Positions 9,850 through 23,670 of a stretch of DNA of 59,493 nucleotides are shown in pieces. The notes beneath the pieces are model-generated. The model saw nothing but the letters and a program-made list of their open reading frames with translations, had not been told where the DNA came from and searched no databases. How positions within the stretch are numbered: the stretch's first letter is position 1; the number at the start of each line of letters is the position of its first letter. Source of the stretch: Nemertoderma westbladi (lineage: Eukaryota > Animalia > Xenacoelomorpha). Location of the stretch: positions 1 through 59,493 of the forward strand of contig JAUCBJ010003235.1 in assembly GCA_032718475.1 (NCBI GenBank). Direction: 5' to 3'. Made by a program: the position numbers and the translations under genes.

Positions 9850-12800
9850 GGAACCTGGGAACTACCAATGGGAACCTGGGAAATACCAATAGAAACCTGG
9901 GAACTACCAATGGGAACCTGGGAACTACCAATTGAAACATGGGAACTACCAATAGAACCTGGGAACTACCAATGGGAACCTGGGAACTGCCAATAGAAAC
10001 CTGGGAAAAATGTGAACCTGGGAACTACCAATAGAAACCTGGGAACTACCAATAGAAACCTGGGAACTACCAATAGAAACCTGGAAACTATCAATGGGAA
10101 CCTGGGAACTACCAATAGAAACTGGGAACTACCAATAGAAACCTGGGAACTACCAATATAAACCTGGGAACTACCAATGGGAACCTGGGAACTACCAATA
10201 GAAACCTGGGAACTACCAATAGAAACCTGGGAACTACCAATAGAAACCTGGGAACTACCAATGGGAACCTGGGAACTACCAATGGGAACCTGGGAACTAC
10301 CAATAGAAATATGGGAACTACCAATATAAACCTGGGAACTACCAATAGAAACCTGGGAACTACCAATGGGAACCTGGGAACTACCAATAGAAATATGGGA
10401 ACTACCAATAGATACCTGGGAACTACCAATGGGAACCTGGGAACTACCAATGGGAACATGGGAACTACCAATGGGAACATGGGAACTACCAATATAAACC
10501 TGGGAACTACTAATAGATACCTGGAAACTACCAATGGGAACCTGGGAACTACCAATAGAAACCTGGGAACTACCAATAGAAACCTGGGAACTACCAATAG
10601 AAACCTGGGAACTACCAATGGGAACCTGGGAACTACCAATAGAAACCTGGGAACTACAAATAGAAACCCGGGAACTACCAATGGGAACATGGGAACTACC
10701 AATGGGAACATGGGAACTACCAATATAAACCTGGGAACTACCAATAGAAACCTGGGAACTACCAATAGAAACCTGGGAACTACCAATAGAAACCTGGGAA
10801 CTACCAATAGAAACCTGGGAACTACCGATAGAAACCTGGGAACTACCAATGGGAACATGGGAACTACCAATATAAACCTGGGAACTACTAATAGAAACCT
10901 GGAAACTACCAATGGGAACCTGGGAACTACCAATAGAAACCTGGGAACTACCAATAGAAACCTGGGAACTACCAATAGAAACCTGGGAACTACCAATAGA
11001 AACCTGGGAACTACCAATAGAAACCTGGGAACTACCAATAGAAACCTGGGAACTACCAATAGAAACCTGGGAACTACCAATAGAAACCTGGGAACTACCA
11101 ATGGGAACCTGGGAACTACCTATGGGAACTACCAATAGAAACCTGGGAACTACCTATGGGAACCTAGGAACTACCAATGGGAACCTGGGAATTACCTATG
11201 GGAACCTGGGAACTACCAATAGAAACCTGGGAACTACCAATAGAAACCTGGGAACTACCAATGGGAACCTGGGAACTACCTATGGGAACTACCAATAGAA
11301 ACCTGGGAACTACCTATGGGGACCTGGGAACTACCAATGGGAACCTGGGAATTACCTATGGGAACATGGGAACTACCAATATAAACCTGGGAACTACTAA
11401 TAGATACCTGGAAACTACCAATGGGAACCTGGGAACTACCAATAGAAACCTGGGAACTACCAATAGAAACCTGGGAACTACCAATAGAAACCTGGGAACT
11501 ACCAATGGGAACCTGGGAACTACCAACAGAAACCTGGGAACTACAAATAGAAACCCGGGAACTACCAATGGGAACATGGGAACTACCAATGGGAACATGG
11601 GAACTACCAATGGGAACATGGGAACTACCAGTATAAACCTGGGAACTACCAATAGAAACCTGGGAACTACCAATAGAAGCCTGGGAACTACCAATAGAAA
11701 CCTGGGAACTACCAATAGAAACCTGGGAACTACCAATAGAAACCTGGGAACTACCAATGGGAACATGGGAACTACCAATATAAACCTGGGAACTACCAAT
11801 AGAAACCTGGGAACTACCAATAGAAACCTGGGAACTACCAATAGAAACCTGGGAACTACCAATAGAAACCTGGGAACTACCAATAGAAACCTGGGAACTA
11901 CCAATGGGAACCTGGGAACTACCTATGGGAACTACGAATAGAAACCTGGGAACTACCTATGGGAACCTGGGAACTACCAATGGGAACATGGGAACTACCA
12001 ATGGGAACATGGGAACTACCAATATAAACCTGGGAACTACCAATAGAAACCTGGGAACTACCAATAGAAACCTGGGAACTACCAATAGAAACCTGGGAAC
12101 TACCAATAGAAACCTGGGAACTACCAATAGAAACCTGGGAACTACCAATGGGAACATGGGAACTACCAATATAAACCTGGGAACTACTAATAGAAACCTG
12201 GAAACTACCAATGGGAACCTGGGAACTACCAATAGAAACCTGGGAACTACCAATAGAAACCTGAGAACTACCAATAGAAACCTGGGAACTACCAATGGGA
12301 ACATGGGAACTACCAATATAAACCTGGGAACTACCAATAGAAACCTGGGAACTACCAATAGAAACCTGGGAACTACCAATAGAAACCTGGGAACTACCAA
12401 TAGAAACCTGGGAACTACCAATAGAAACCTGGGAACTACCAATGGGAACCTGGGAACTACCTATGGGAACTACAAATAGAAACCCGGGAACTACCAATGG
12501 GAACATGGGAACTACCAATGGGAACATGGGAACTACCAATGGGAACATGGGAACTACCAATATAAACCTGGGAACTACCAATAGAAACCTGGGAACTACC
12601 AATAGAAACCTGGGAACTACCAATAGAAACCTGGTAACTACCAATAGAAACCTGGGAACTACCAATAGAAACCTGGGAACTACCAATGGGAACATGGGAA
12701 CTACCAATATAAACCTGGGAACTACTAATAGAAACCTGGAAACTACCAATGGGAACCTGGGAACTACCAATAGAAACCTGGGAACTACCAATAGAAACCT

Positions 12801-13945
12801 GGGAACTACCAATAGAAACCTGGGAACTACCAATGGGAACATGGGAACTACCAATATAAACCTGGGAACTACCAATAGAAACCTGGGAACTACCAATAGA
12901 AACCTGGGAACTACCAATAGAAACCTGGGAACTACCAATAGAAACCTGGGAACTACCAATAGAAACCTGGGAACTACCTATGGGAACTACCAATAGAAAC
13001 CTGGGAACTACCTATGGGAACCTGGGAACTACCAATGGGAACCTGGGAATTACCTATGGGAACCTGGGAACTACCAATAGAAACCTGGGAACTACCAATA
13101 GAAACCTGGGAACTACCAATGGGAACCTGGGAACTACCTATGGGAACTACCAATAGAAACCTGGGAACTACTTATGGGAACCTGGGAACTACCAATGGGA
13201 ACCTGGGAATTACCTATGGGAACATGGGAACTACCAATATAAACCTGGGAACTACTAATAGATACCTGGAAACTACCAATGGGAACCTGGGAACTACCAA
13301 TAGAAACCTGGGAACTACCAATAGAAACCTGGGAACTACCAATAGAAACCTGGGAACTACCAATGGGAACCTGGGAACTACCAATAGAAACCTGGGAACT
13401 ACAAATAGAAACCCGGGAACTACCAATGGGAACATGGGAACTACCAATGGGAACATGGGAACTACCAATGGGAACATGGGAACTACCAATATAAACCTGG
13501 GAACTACCAATAGAAACCTGGGAACTACCAATAGAAACCTGGGAACTACCAATAGAAACCTGGGAACTACCAATAGAAACCTGGGAACTACCAATGGGAA
13601 CATGGGAACTACCAATATAAACCTGGGAACTACTAATAGAAACCTGGAAACTACCAATGGGAACCTGGGAACTACCAATGGGAACATGGGAACTACCAAT
13701 ATAAACCTGGGAACTACTAATAGAAACCTGGAAACTACCAATGGGAACCTGGGAACTACCAATAGAAACCTGGGAACTACCAATAGAAACCTGGGAACTA
13801 CCAATGGGAACATGGGAACTACCAATATAAACCTGGGAACTACTAATAGAAACCTGGAAACTACCAATGGGAACCTGGGAACTACCAATAGAAACCTGGG
13901 AACTACCAATAGAACCTGGGAACTACCAATGGGAACCTGTGAACT
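9850..13945. repeat. Tandem array of a 21-bp unit (GGAACTACCAATAGAAACCTG), ~4.1 kb, ~195 units
   Basis: Direct reading; accounts for all repetitive ORFs between 9.9 and 14 kb. Confidence 0.97.
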
Positions 13946-14759
13946 GCGCAGTGGGAACTCACTTGCTTTATTGTTGACATTATCTAATATGAAAATTTCT
14001 TCCTATTAATTTCTGTTTGACCACTTTATATTTTGATTGCATTTTTTGTCTTTCAGTTTATCTCATTGAAGTATAAAAAGTTATCCGGAATAACTTATGT
14101 GACAGTCTAACTTTTCCAACATCACAAATTCTTAACTAACTAATATTTATTGAAAAATCCGCCTTTTCTCACTAATTATAAAATTTAAATTTAAAAATAT
14201 AATTTAACAACGAGTGAAATAATCTAAATTTTTTAACTATTTTTAAAAAATTAGTAAAACATGACATCGTTCACTGATTTTTTCGTATTGTCAGATTCTC
14301 TATTTGGGTAACCTGATATTTTCTTAGAACGAAATATTCTATGTAAAAACGTATCGGAAAGCACTCATTTCTACTCAAACGAATTTTTAGCGTAATGCAG
14401 ATATTTTGTCTGAGTTGCTGAGTTTTACACGAGTTGGCAAGCTTCTAAATTGCCAACGAGAATTTCGCTAAATAGTCTCTATGTCTGTATGTCTGTATGT
14501 CCCTTTTTGTATTTATCACCAACTGGGCTGCGAGCTTTTGCGAAGCTATGACGTTTGATCTGTAATAGTTATCAGCTATTGATATCATGACCTTTCTGAT
14601 TTTTCACTCTATTGATCTTTAATAATATATAAATAAATATGCCTTGTAATTGTTGTTTGCCTTAAACTATGAGGAACATGACTATTATAATTTGTGTCTA
14701 TGTTTTCCTCAGATTTAAAAATTGTAATATTATGATTTGGAATCAGGTAACTTTATACA

Positions 14760-15285
14760 AGTTTGGTTCTGGTAATAATACCAGTTTGGTTCTGGTAATA
14801 ATACCAGTTTGGTTCTGGTAATAATACCAGTTTGGTTCTGGTAATATTACTAGTTTGGTTCTGGTAATATTACCAGTTTGGTTCTGGTAATAATACCAGT
14901 TTGGTTCTGGTAATATTACTAGTTTGGTTCTGGTAATATTACCAGTTTGGTTCTGGTAATAATTCCAGTTTGGTTCTGGTAATATTACCAGTTTGGTTCT
15001 GGTAATATTACTAATTTGGTTCTGGTAATATTACCAGTTTGGTTCTGGTAATAATTCCAGTTTGGTTCTGGTAATATTACCAGTTTGGTTCTGGTAATAA
15101 TTCCAGTTTGGTTCTGGTAATATTACCAGTTTGGTTCTGGTAATAATACCAGTTTGGTTCTGGTAATATTACTAGTTTGGTTCTGGTAATATTACCAGTT
15201 TGGTTCTGGTAATAATTCCAGTTTGGTTCTGGTAATATTACCAGTTTGGTTCTGGTAATATTACTAATTTGGTTCTGGTAATAAT
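14760..15285. repeat. 23-bp minisatellite (AGTTTGGTTCTGGTAATATTACC), ~23 units
   Basis: Direct reading. Confidence 0.95.
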
Positions 15286-15355
15286 AATAATAATTCTGGC
15301 TGTAAGAGTACTTTGATACTGGTAAGTGGTAATACCAATTTTATTTATTCTACAG

Positions 15356-15470
15356 AACCGTTAGCCCTCAGAAATTGGTGTTACAATTTCTGCAGCTGAA
15401 ACAAGAGGACCAATTGAAGATGTACAACCGAATTCGTGATTATCTAATGAATGAAGGCTTGTTGTCGTAG
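15356..15470 (+). CDS. CDS: CDP-diacylglycerol synthase, terminal coding exon
   Basis: ctacag acceptor, phase-compatible with the previous exon; TVSPQKLVLQFLQLKQEDQLKMYNRIRDYLMNEGLLS* resembles the CDS C-terminus (P.KL+QQ+L.L..+QQL.I+N). Confidence 0.85.
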
Positions 15471-16754
15471 TCCTTCATTGTGAATGATTCCACTATCTTA
15501 TTGCTACCAGAGTACTGTAATTATTGTTATTTTCAATGTGCTATTTGTTAATTGTAAAGTTTTCAATTAATCTAAAGGCTGTTTGTTATTTTACTCATAT
15601 TTGCGTCTGTAGTGTACCATTGGCATTAGCTCAACATTGGCATAACGACCCCCTATATAATATTGTGGTTTTATTAGTGCATTAAGTGTTGCATTTAGTG
15701 CTGCATGTGATGTTTTGATTAAATATTAACCTGTATATTAATTGTCCAGGATTACATCAAGTCAATACTAATATCCTATTATTCTTGAACTGTTTGTATT
15801 TTTCGGTAATCCTGTAATGTGGTACTTTATGTACATGATGTAAATAGTGTATGGATGCCATATTTTCCCAGTTTCAAACAGAACTCGGGGGGTGTTCAGT
15901 CTAAAGTTATGAGCAGAGTTGCACATTTACTATTAATATTGAAAATAATTTTTAAAATTTAATTGAATGGTAGAAGGAACCGATATATTTTTTTATATTA
16001 TTACATTATTGCATAATAGGCCTATATTATAAATATTCTATTTCGAAATTTAATTGACTGTCATTTTATTTAACCAAAAAGAAAGTCGTACTATAGCAAT
16101 ATGTATAAGATAATCACAATTAATAGTATAACCTTGTATTGCCATAATGAGCCAAACTATTTAGTTTTATTATTATTATTATTATACATTTATTTATTGA
16201 TTTCAATTTTCGTTTTAATTTCTCCGAGCTATTTATTACCGGGACTAAAGCGCGGGAGAGTGGGGAAATAATGCGATGGAAATAAGTAAAGGGTGAATAA
16301 TAATTCACAATGTGGGAACGTTTTGATGTACCTTTATCAATGTGTGAGTAACACCCTGCTTCTGGTAATTAGTCAATCATTGGAATCGTTCTTAATTCAG
16401 GTTTAAGTTTCATGCAAACTCATTAAAGTTGCACAAAATTGAAGGGGGTCAAGTTATTCTAGGCTATAGGATTGAATATAGGACATTGCGTAATTTATAT
16501 TCGAATTATGCTAATTTGGCCCATGTCGGAGCACTAATGTAAAAAAGAACAGGGTGTATTAACTGACGCCTTGTTATTGGAGCAGGGGGGAAATGTATGC
16601 TAACCCTATCTCAGTAAATTAATATCTCGTTATAAATTAAGGACGCGGAGCAGGCAATTAAGGAAAAGGAGAAGGGTTACAATGGTATGTTATTCTAACC
16701 AAAATAATACTAAACGAAAGCCAATAGCACATTTTACCGCTTCATTTGAGCTCT

Positions 16755-16990
16755 TAATCAGCTGTTATTTGTTTTTAATCAGCTGTTATTTACGTTTAAT
16801 CAGCTGTTATTTGGCGATGAGATGAAACGGTACTCCGTAGCCAACGGTGTTATAGAATTAGCCTAGCTGTTATTTGCGCATAATCAGTTGTTATTTGCGT
16901 CTAATCTGCTGTTATTTGCGCTTAATCAGATGTTATTTGCGCATAATCAGTTGTTATTTGCGTAAAATCAGCTGTTATTTGAGCTTAATC
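16755..16990. repeat. Short degenerate 21-bp tandem repeat (TAATCAGCTGTTATTTGCG..)
   Basis: About 9 copies in two blocks. Confidence 0.8.
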
Positions 16991-17040
16991 TTCTGTTTTC
17001 GATTTTACACTGTACACCATGTCCTGGAATATAGAAGCGA

Positions 17041-17186
17041 AAATAAAAATTCTGGCTCACCCAGCAAGGATGAGGGAGGTGAAACTGACTCTGTTTCAAA
17101 TTTCATGCAATCTCATTAAGATTTGTAGAAAAATTTAGGGGGGGGGGGGGGGGGGTGCAGGTACCTGAATAACGACACTATATTCC
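17041..17186 (-). repeat. Dispersed repeat, copy 2 (inverted relative to 7568-7733)
   Basis: Reverse-complement similarity to copy 1. Confidence 0.8.
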
Positions 17187-18534
17187 AGGACATGGTGTAT
17201 ATTATAAGTGTACAGGGATGAATTTTGATAGCTTCAAGAGCCCCCCACCCCCTATATGCGTTATTTGCCTACATAAATTAACCAATGGGCATGTAGGATA
17301 GACTGTCGATATGTTAAGTAACTGACCGTTTCGAACTATTTTTAATTTTTTGTTGTCGATTTGGCGAGTTTAATTTAATTTTTAGTTTGATTGTTACTAA
17401 TTACCTCGTGTTGTTAGTGGCTATAAATATATTGGTGCAATAGCCTTATATTAGATACCGTACAAATGTTCTGCTAAAGAGCATAATATATTCTCGTTTT
17501 TAATTTTATGGTAAATATTTTGTTTATATACAATTATTTAACGTTATCTACAGCAAGATTTATTATGATTGTTGCGTGAAGTTACCCCATTTATTATTGT
17601 TTTGAAAATAATAATGTTGAACATAATTTAATTATGAAAGTGGTGCGTGGTTGATTGTACGACCCATGATCCACCCATTGATTGGGCTCAACAACACTTT
17701 TGGATCATTCCACGAAAACATCAACACCTCAAAGATATATTTATAGAGGGAGTAACCCAAAACTAATTCGGAATTCATCAGAACCAAATATTTTTGATTC
17801 TACATTAGCTAATAATAAATTATGCGGATCACTTTCAATTCCATGCTTCCTTCCTTAGAAACAGGGATTTTACTTAGCAACAAGGGATCTATTAGTGGGA
17901 TTTTCCCCAAATTTGGTACAGACAATATTTAGTCCAGTGACTATCGATTGACTGAACTAACCGCTCTTCGAAATAGTTACCATTTAGTTTCCAGAGCAAC
18001 TGATTTTTTTCTAATCTTTTTTATTTTTAATACCAATTTTGCTGGTACAATACAGGGGAGCTTATTTACACAACTTATCTATACTAAACGGGTGGATGTA
18101 ACCTCGCCCATCGGATTTGTCGACCTCAAAAACCCTTATCCCCAAAATAATTATTTATTACATGGGAAATAAGTATAACATTTTTTTCATTATTCTCGAG
18201 GCATTTTATTTACCGAGCGTCAGCGAGGTTACTAAAGGGTTGAGAGAATATTGAAAAAAAAAATGTGCTACGTTTTTTTCCCATGTAATACGTGATTTTA
18301 TTTTTAAATAAGTACTTTAAATAAGTAAAGTGGCTCGCGCCGGGGAGAAAAAGACTACACAAAGGTTCAAGAAACTCCGTAAGCGTCGTTCTAGAAATAA
18401 GGATTGATTATTTAGAGTACTGTAGCCTAGGGCCTACATTAGACAGTACAGTACTAGGCCTCTTAGCCATATATTTATAGACTTCCGACTGGGTTTTTGT
18501 GGGGTCTTAAACCGTCTGATATTATCCAGACTCC

Positions 18535-18740
18535 CGCTATGGTGTAAAAGTGATTAGATTAGAAGGCTAAGGTGCCATTCATGAGCTTCCAATTAGGAAG
18601 CCCTGTTTCGATCCCTAGATGGGGCAGCAATGTTTGGGCACAGTGCTTTAATTGCTGCAGCCTAGCTTTTCCAACCCTGGCCTTCAACCTTAACTATTGG
18701 GAAACAGAGTAGACCTATAAGGGTTTACTGTGGAATATAA
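18535..18740 (+). mobile_element. Degenerate tRNA-derived SINE (related copy at about 25550-25760)
   Basis: GCTTCCAATTAGGAAGCCCTGTTTCGATCCCTAG is shared exactly with 25552-25585; B-box-like TTCGATCC; CACAGTGCTTTAA and CCAACCCT.GC also shared. Confidence 0.65.
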
Positions 18741-19689
18741 AACTATATCTCGTAGTAAAAACAATGCAAGGGAATTGAGAAGGATGCATCTGTAAAATAC
18801 AATAAATTTAAAAATATATACTGTAACAATAAATGTTGCTAGAAGTCCTTGCTAAATACTTGTTACTAGGCCTAAGTATTTCCACTTCGAAAATTATTTA
18901 AAAATACGTAAAACATTATTATTGGTCAGGTGTGTTGACATGGCGAACTAGTACCAATAAAATGTTCTAGAATATGACTGAGTAGGTAGGTACGTTAAAT
19001 AATTATTGACAAGCAAATCATATATTGACGATTTTATTAAGTAAAAGTTACTTTTAACCAACTGTATTCATCACAATCGCAAGGAATACTCGGACATTAA
19101 TGGAAAACACGGGTTATAAATGTTCATCCTAATATCTATATACAGAAATATATTCGTCTTCGCCCCAAAAGAATTGCTTCTTCTAATCCTGAGATTTGTG
19201 ATCCCCGTTGAGGTTTGTTTTAGGGTATGAAAATGATACAAAAGAAAATGAAAATAAGTAAAATATAAAGGAAATTAAAGAATATAAAGCAGTTATACAG
19301 TAGGACTAGCCGACTGCGCTAGCCTACTAATGGGATTCCGCGATGCCGCTAAGCCAAACCTTACATTGATAGACTATGCTGTCTGGCTGTAACAATAACT
19401 GGCTGTAACTCAGAACCAGTTCCGAATCCGAAAATGAAACAAAACCGAATCTCAATAGCAAAAGACCATTCCCAATCCAAAATCTCAATCCAAATACGAT
19501 ATACAGTAGAAACTGGCTTATTGTAAATATATTTTCTTGTGGATTGCATTGTATTTTCATTCAGCATCCAGTCCAGCTGGGACTTTAATTAATAAAAAGT
19601 ACACATACTGTATATATATATACATATATACATAAGATACATAACAACGGAATATAAAATTAAGAAGTAAAATGTGTGGTTAAAGTGTA

Positions 19690-21175
19690 CAGTACCTATC
19701 TCATTCTAGATACTGTTTCTCAAACTGGGTACCTTTTCTCTTACCTCACTCTTACTAACTCAAACCTGTCTGGTTTACACAAACCCAACTCAAACTCCCG
19801 TAACCACCCACTGTGCACTGTGTAGCATTCATACAACAAGCTGTCTGTGTTTAATGGCCCACTCGTTTCTGTTATACTCTGCCTACGGGTACTTGATGGA
19901 CTCCTGCTGTTATAACATTTCCTTAACTTGATTTGTTTATGTGTAATTAACTCCGGTAGACAGCTAGAATTAACTTGCACACTCAGTGACTCATTTTATT
20001 TTTATATTTCAGAATAAAAATAAAAATATGCTAAATTATTAAACTGAAAATTTATTAATATTTTGTTACATTTATTAAGTATGTATGTCTCATAACATAA
20101 ACATATTAACGTTATTTTACTTTAAAATATAACCAATGCAATATAATAGTTTACATAAATAGTAATAATCACAATAGGCTAAATATATTTTACGCTAACT
20201 TTGATCAGTTTAATACATACAGTTACATACAATTACATAAAGTTAATTAACTAAGGGTGGGACCTCCATTGTTTGCAAGGACCATCGGAATGACATTCTT
20301 GATGTGGTGGATGTATTTCTGGCATTTCAACACCGTAAGTCTCTGGCTCCAGAATTGGCGAATTCCATCAACGAGTTGCTGTCGATTTTGGGGTCGGGAC
20401 TTATTTTGTACCCCCATGTGAAAAATACCAGGTTTTCACCAAAAACACAGGTTACAGAAGGGCCGAATCTAACCAAAACAATAAACGAATTAGTATATGT
20501 ACAGGTTATAAGACAGAAATACGCGCTATAAAACACTTAATAAAGATTAAGATTAATATAAAAAATCTTCATATATAAAATTCCAATAAAAAGTCGACCG
20601 AAAAGTGAAGTCCTGGTATTCTTCACATAGGCGATATTTTAAACTGATATGTCTTTTAAGGCACCAATTGACATCAAACAGACAACAGAGCACAAATTTC
20701 CCCCAACAATATTCCCCGAATTAAAACTTTCTCTACAAACAAACCGAGCCAGTGTGGTTTAGTTAACAACATACATTTAGTAAAGCCCACAAAGGAACTG
20801 CGTGATTGACATGTCTTTTATGAGACACACCGCAAGCCGGCCTGCCCAGCTTATGTAATTCAACCCATTAACTCAAGAGCCCAAGCAGCAGACAGAGGCC
20901 CCTTCCCCATGTGGTGTCTCACTGAACCAGAGTAATTATCCATCCCGTCCCAGGTACAGACAGTAATGCTGAGAATGGCACAGTTGGAAGTCAACCTAAC
21001 TCAAACCATGGCGCCAGACTCTAGTTTGAGTTAGATTGAGCTGGCTGCATCTTTCTGATTTCTCAACTCTTACCCCAGTCTTACCTACTGAAATTCTCCG
21101 TTGACTATCATTAGTAAAAGGTTTGAGAAATGATACCCAGTTTGAGAAATAATATTCAGAATGAGATAGGGACTG
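19690..21175 (-). mobile_element. Deleted Tc1/mariner DNA transposon with a transposase C-terminal remnant
   Basis: TIRs CAGTACCTATCTCATTCT / AGAATGAGATAGGGACTG flanked by TA on both sides. Minus strand about 20395-20247 reads PQNRQQLVDGIRQFWSQRLTVLKCQKYIHHIKNVIPMVLANNGGPTLS*, like Tc1 transposase C-termini. Confidence 0.8.
20411..20633 (+). mobile_element. MITE (~220 bp) nested in the Tc1 element; second copy at 45470-45686
   Basis: TIR ATGTGAA.AATACCAGG / CCTGGTATTCTTCACAT; internal sequence is highly similar between the two copies. Confidence 0.85.
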
Positions 21176-21429
21176 TATGCTTAATAAATGTGCAGTTCAC
21201 GCACTAATGGTTAAAAGAAAATAAAAAAACATGAAGGGGATCAGTTCCCTGAAAATGGTTAGAGTCTAGGTGCTTTTGTCCGGTGTAGCGGTGATATGCC
21301 GAGTGAGGGGCCGTCAAGGGTCGGGCACAACTGAACTGCTGCAGACTATTAATACAGTAGATGGGGGTCTATGAGAGTGCGTAATAATCCCTGATCCTTT
21401 GAAACCTGACCACGAATGGTAAATTATGT

Positions 21430-22600
21430 GAGTCTAGACAGTCGCGGACGAAATCCGCCCTGATTTTGTCCCTCATTCCCGGTCGGCCTATCTGGACCTA
21501 TTTGTTTCAGTAAACGGGTGTCGTAGTTAAATGTGAGTATGGAGGTGAGTCGAGTAAGCGAGTGGTGAGTGACCCCATTACAACAGCCACTTCCAATTCC
21601 CCGGTATGGGCATTTATGATCCTTATCCAGGATAATGGAGAGTCTAAATCCGAGCTGCAGGGTGATGCTTGGGCAATTCAGCATCTGGAGCATCGTTCCT
21701 ATGCAGCTTTGGATGGCAACTGTGGTTATTGGGTTACAGCCAGATATCTGGTAGAGAGTCGAGTTGTTGACGTCGCGACCGCAATGTGCCAACCCACGGA
21801 GAACTTTCCTATAGAACCTGTTGAGTCGCTCTGGTCCTTTCCGTTGAGCGCACCGATGTTGAACTTTAGTTGGTAGTTGATTACCGAGACGGCCATAGCG
21901 GACCACAGGGTGAATACCACGTTGATCTTGAGCCAGCGTGTTGTCCAGCCGTTGCTGTGGAAAGTGTTGGAGAGCGCCGATATGAGCTGTATTGCTTCAC
22001 TAAGGATGTCATTGGAGGAGATCAGGTCAGATAGCTTGTAGCCGAGGAACACCAGGTTGCTACTTCTCTTTATGAGATTCCCACATAAGTGTAGGAGGCA
22101 GGGCTTATGATTGGATCCCCGTTGGTTGTTGTCTACCATTATCCATTTAGTTTTGCTGGCTTCGAAGTGAAGGTGTACCTCGGCAGCTTTCAGGGACAAT
22201 ATCGATGCCATTGATTCTATTGCCTGGGGAGAGGTAGCTAATAAAAGGAAATCGTCCGCGTACGGCTGAGCCCAGCCAGACAGAGCCGATTTGACATCCG
22301 AGGCCTGTTAGTCGCAGTCCAGTGATTATATCCTTAGTGTAAAAGTTGAAGATACTAGGCGAGAGCAGTGAGCCCTGCTTTAATCCTTTCAGAGTTGGGG
22401 TGATGGGAACTGCTCGATGTGCTCTGAGAACTTCAGAAATATCCGGCTGCATGAGTAGCACGTCCAAATACAGTACCGGTAGTAGAGACAATGTGGGGAT
22501 TAATTTCTGCATCAAGCAGCTTCCGGGCTAGGACCACAAAGTCCACATTTGGGAATGCGGATTCAATGTGAAACTGGCAGACGTACAGTAGATCGGAGAG
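21430..22600 (-). pseudogene. Decayed non-LTR retrotransposon reverse transcriptase (clade not determined)
   Basis: GLKQGSLLSPSIFNFY, YADDFLLLA (about 22235-22261, frameshifted), SKT, LVFLGY spread over broken frames. Confidence 0.8.
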
Positions 22601-23670
22601 CCCTTGAGTTGGTAGTGCTGCAGACATTCTAGGACGGTGGCCACTACGGCATCGGTTACGTAGTTCTATCACGCTATAAAGCTGTTTTATAATCAAAACA
22701 AAAACATTCAGCGTCGTATAAAGCAGTATCATCCGTGGTATATAAAGTTATTCATAATATTCGTGGCGGTCGCGCTCGTGTATTAGTAGGTGGGAAAATA
22801 TCCCCATTAGGGGTTATGATTGGTAGATAGGCCAGTCCGTAGTCCTACTGTATTGCATACTGTATAGTTACTGTAAATCTATAACCAACCAATCAATTTT
22901 GGAGCTGCAGCAGTATTGTTGATGATGACTAATTCTTCTAATACTGTTAATCATTGATTGTCAAAGCCGCCTAGGCCTAACCAGAACATAGATAATTCTT
23001 GGCACCCACCTGCCACCTGGACCTACACATGCAGACATGATATTGGAATTGGACATTGGATGTGTCTCGTGCGACACTTGTCACATTGCATCTACAGTCT
23101 GACAGTACCGCATTTCCGCAGCACTCAGCTGATTACAGAATTGCGGTACATGTCTCTGTCTATCACACTACACAGCTACATGCAGAGTAAAAATAACACT
23201 GTAACACAAACACGCAATCAGGCAATACATACAGCAATACTCTGACTCTGACTGTCTGATACTGTAATAATATTTAATTGATTAGGCCTACCTACCTCTG
23301 TACCTACCTGCTATTACCTGATTACTGTATTACTTTAGTTATTGTACAGTCTGACAGTTGTAGTTCAACATCAGAGCATACTAGGCTGCTAGGTGCTAGG
23401 TGCTAGGCCCCTACAATCTGACAATACTAGGCCTAGCAGCCTAGGCCTAGTGCTAGGTGCTAGGCCCCTACAATCTGACAATACTAGGCCTAGCAGCCTA
23501 GGCCTACCGCGCTACTGCGCTAACGGTATTAATTATTTTATTATTAATATAATTATTATTCTGTTATTCATGGCAGTGTCAGAGTGTTAGATTGTGGTGA
23601 TATCGCTGTATACTGGTATGGTGAGATAGTATTATTACAGTATTATTATTATTATATTACCGTACCGGTA

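Noticed and set aside
9966-14009. Long ORFs such as [14 protein letters not shown] and VVPRFLL repeats
   Set aside because: Products of a 21-bp satellite inside an intron; open in several frames on both strands and broken by frameshifting units.
7568-17186. A single 9.6-kb transposon bounded by the inverted repeat pair
   Set aside because: It would enclose the CDS terminal exon, the copies are diverged and no TSD was found; two independent insertions are simpler.
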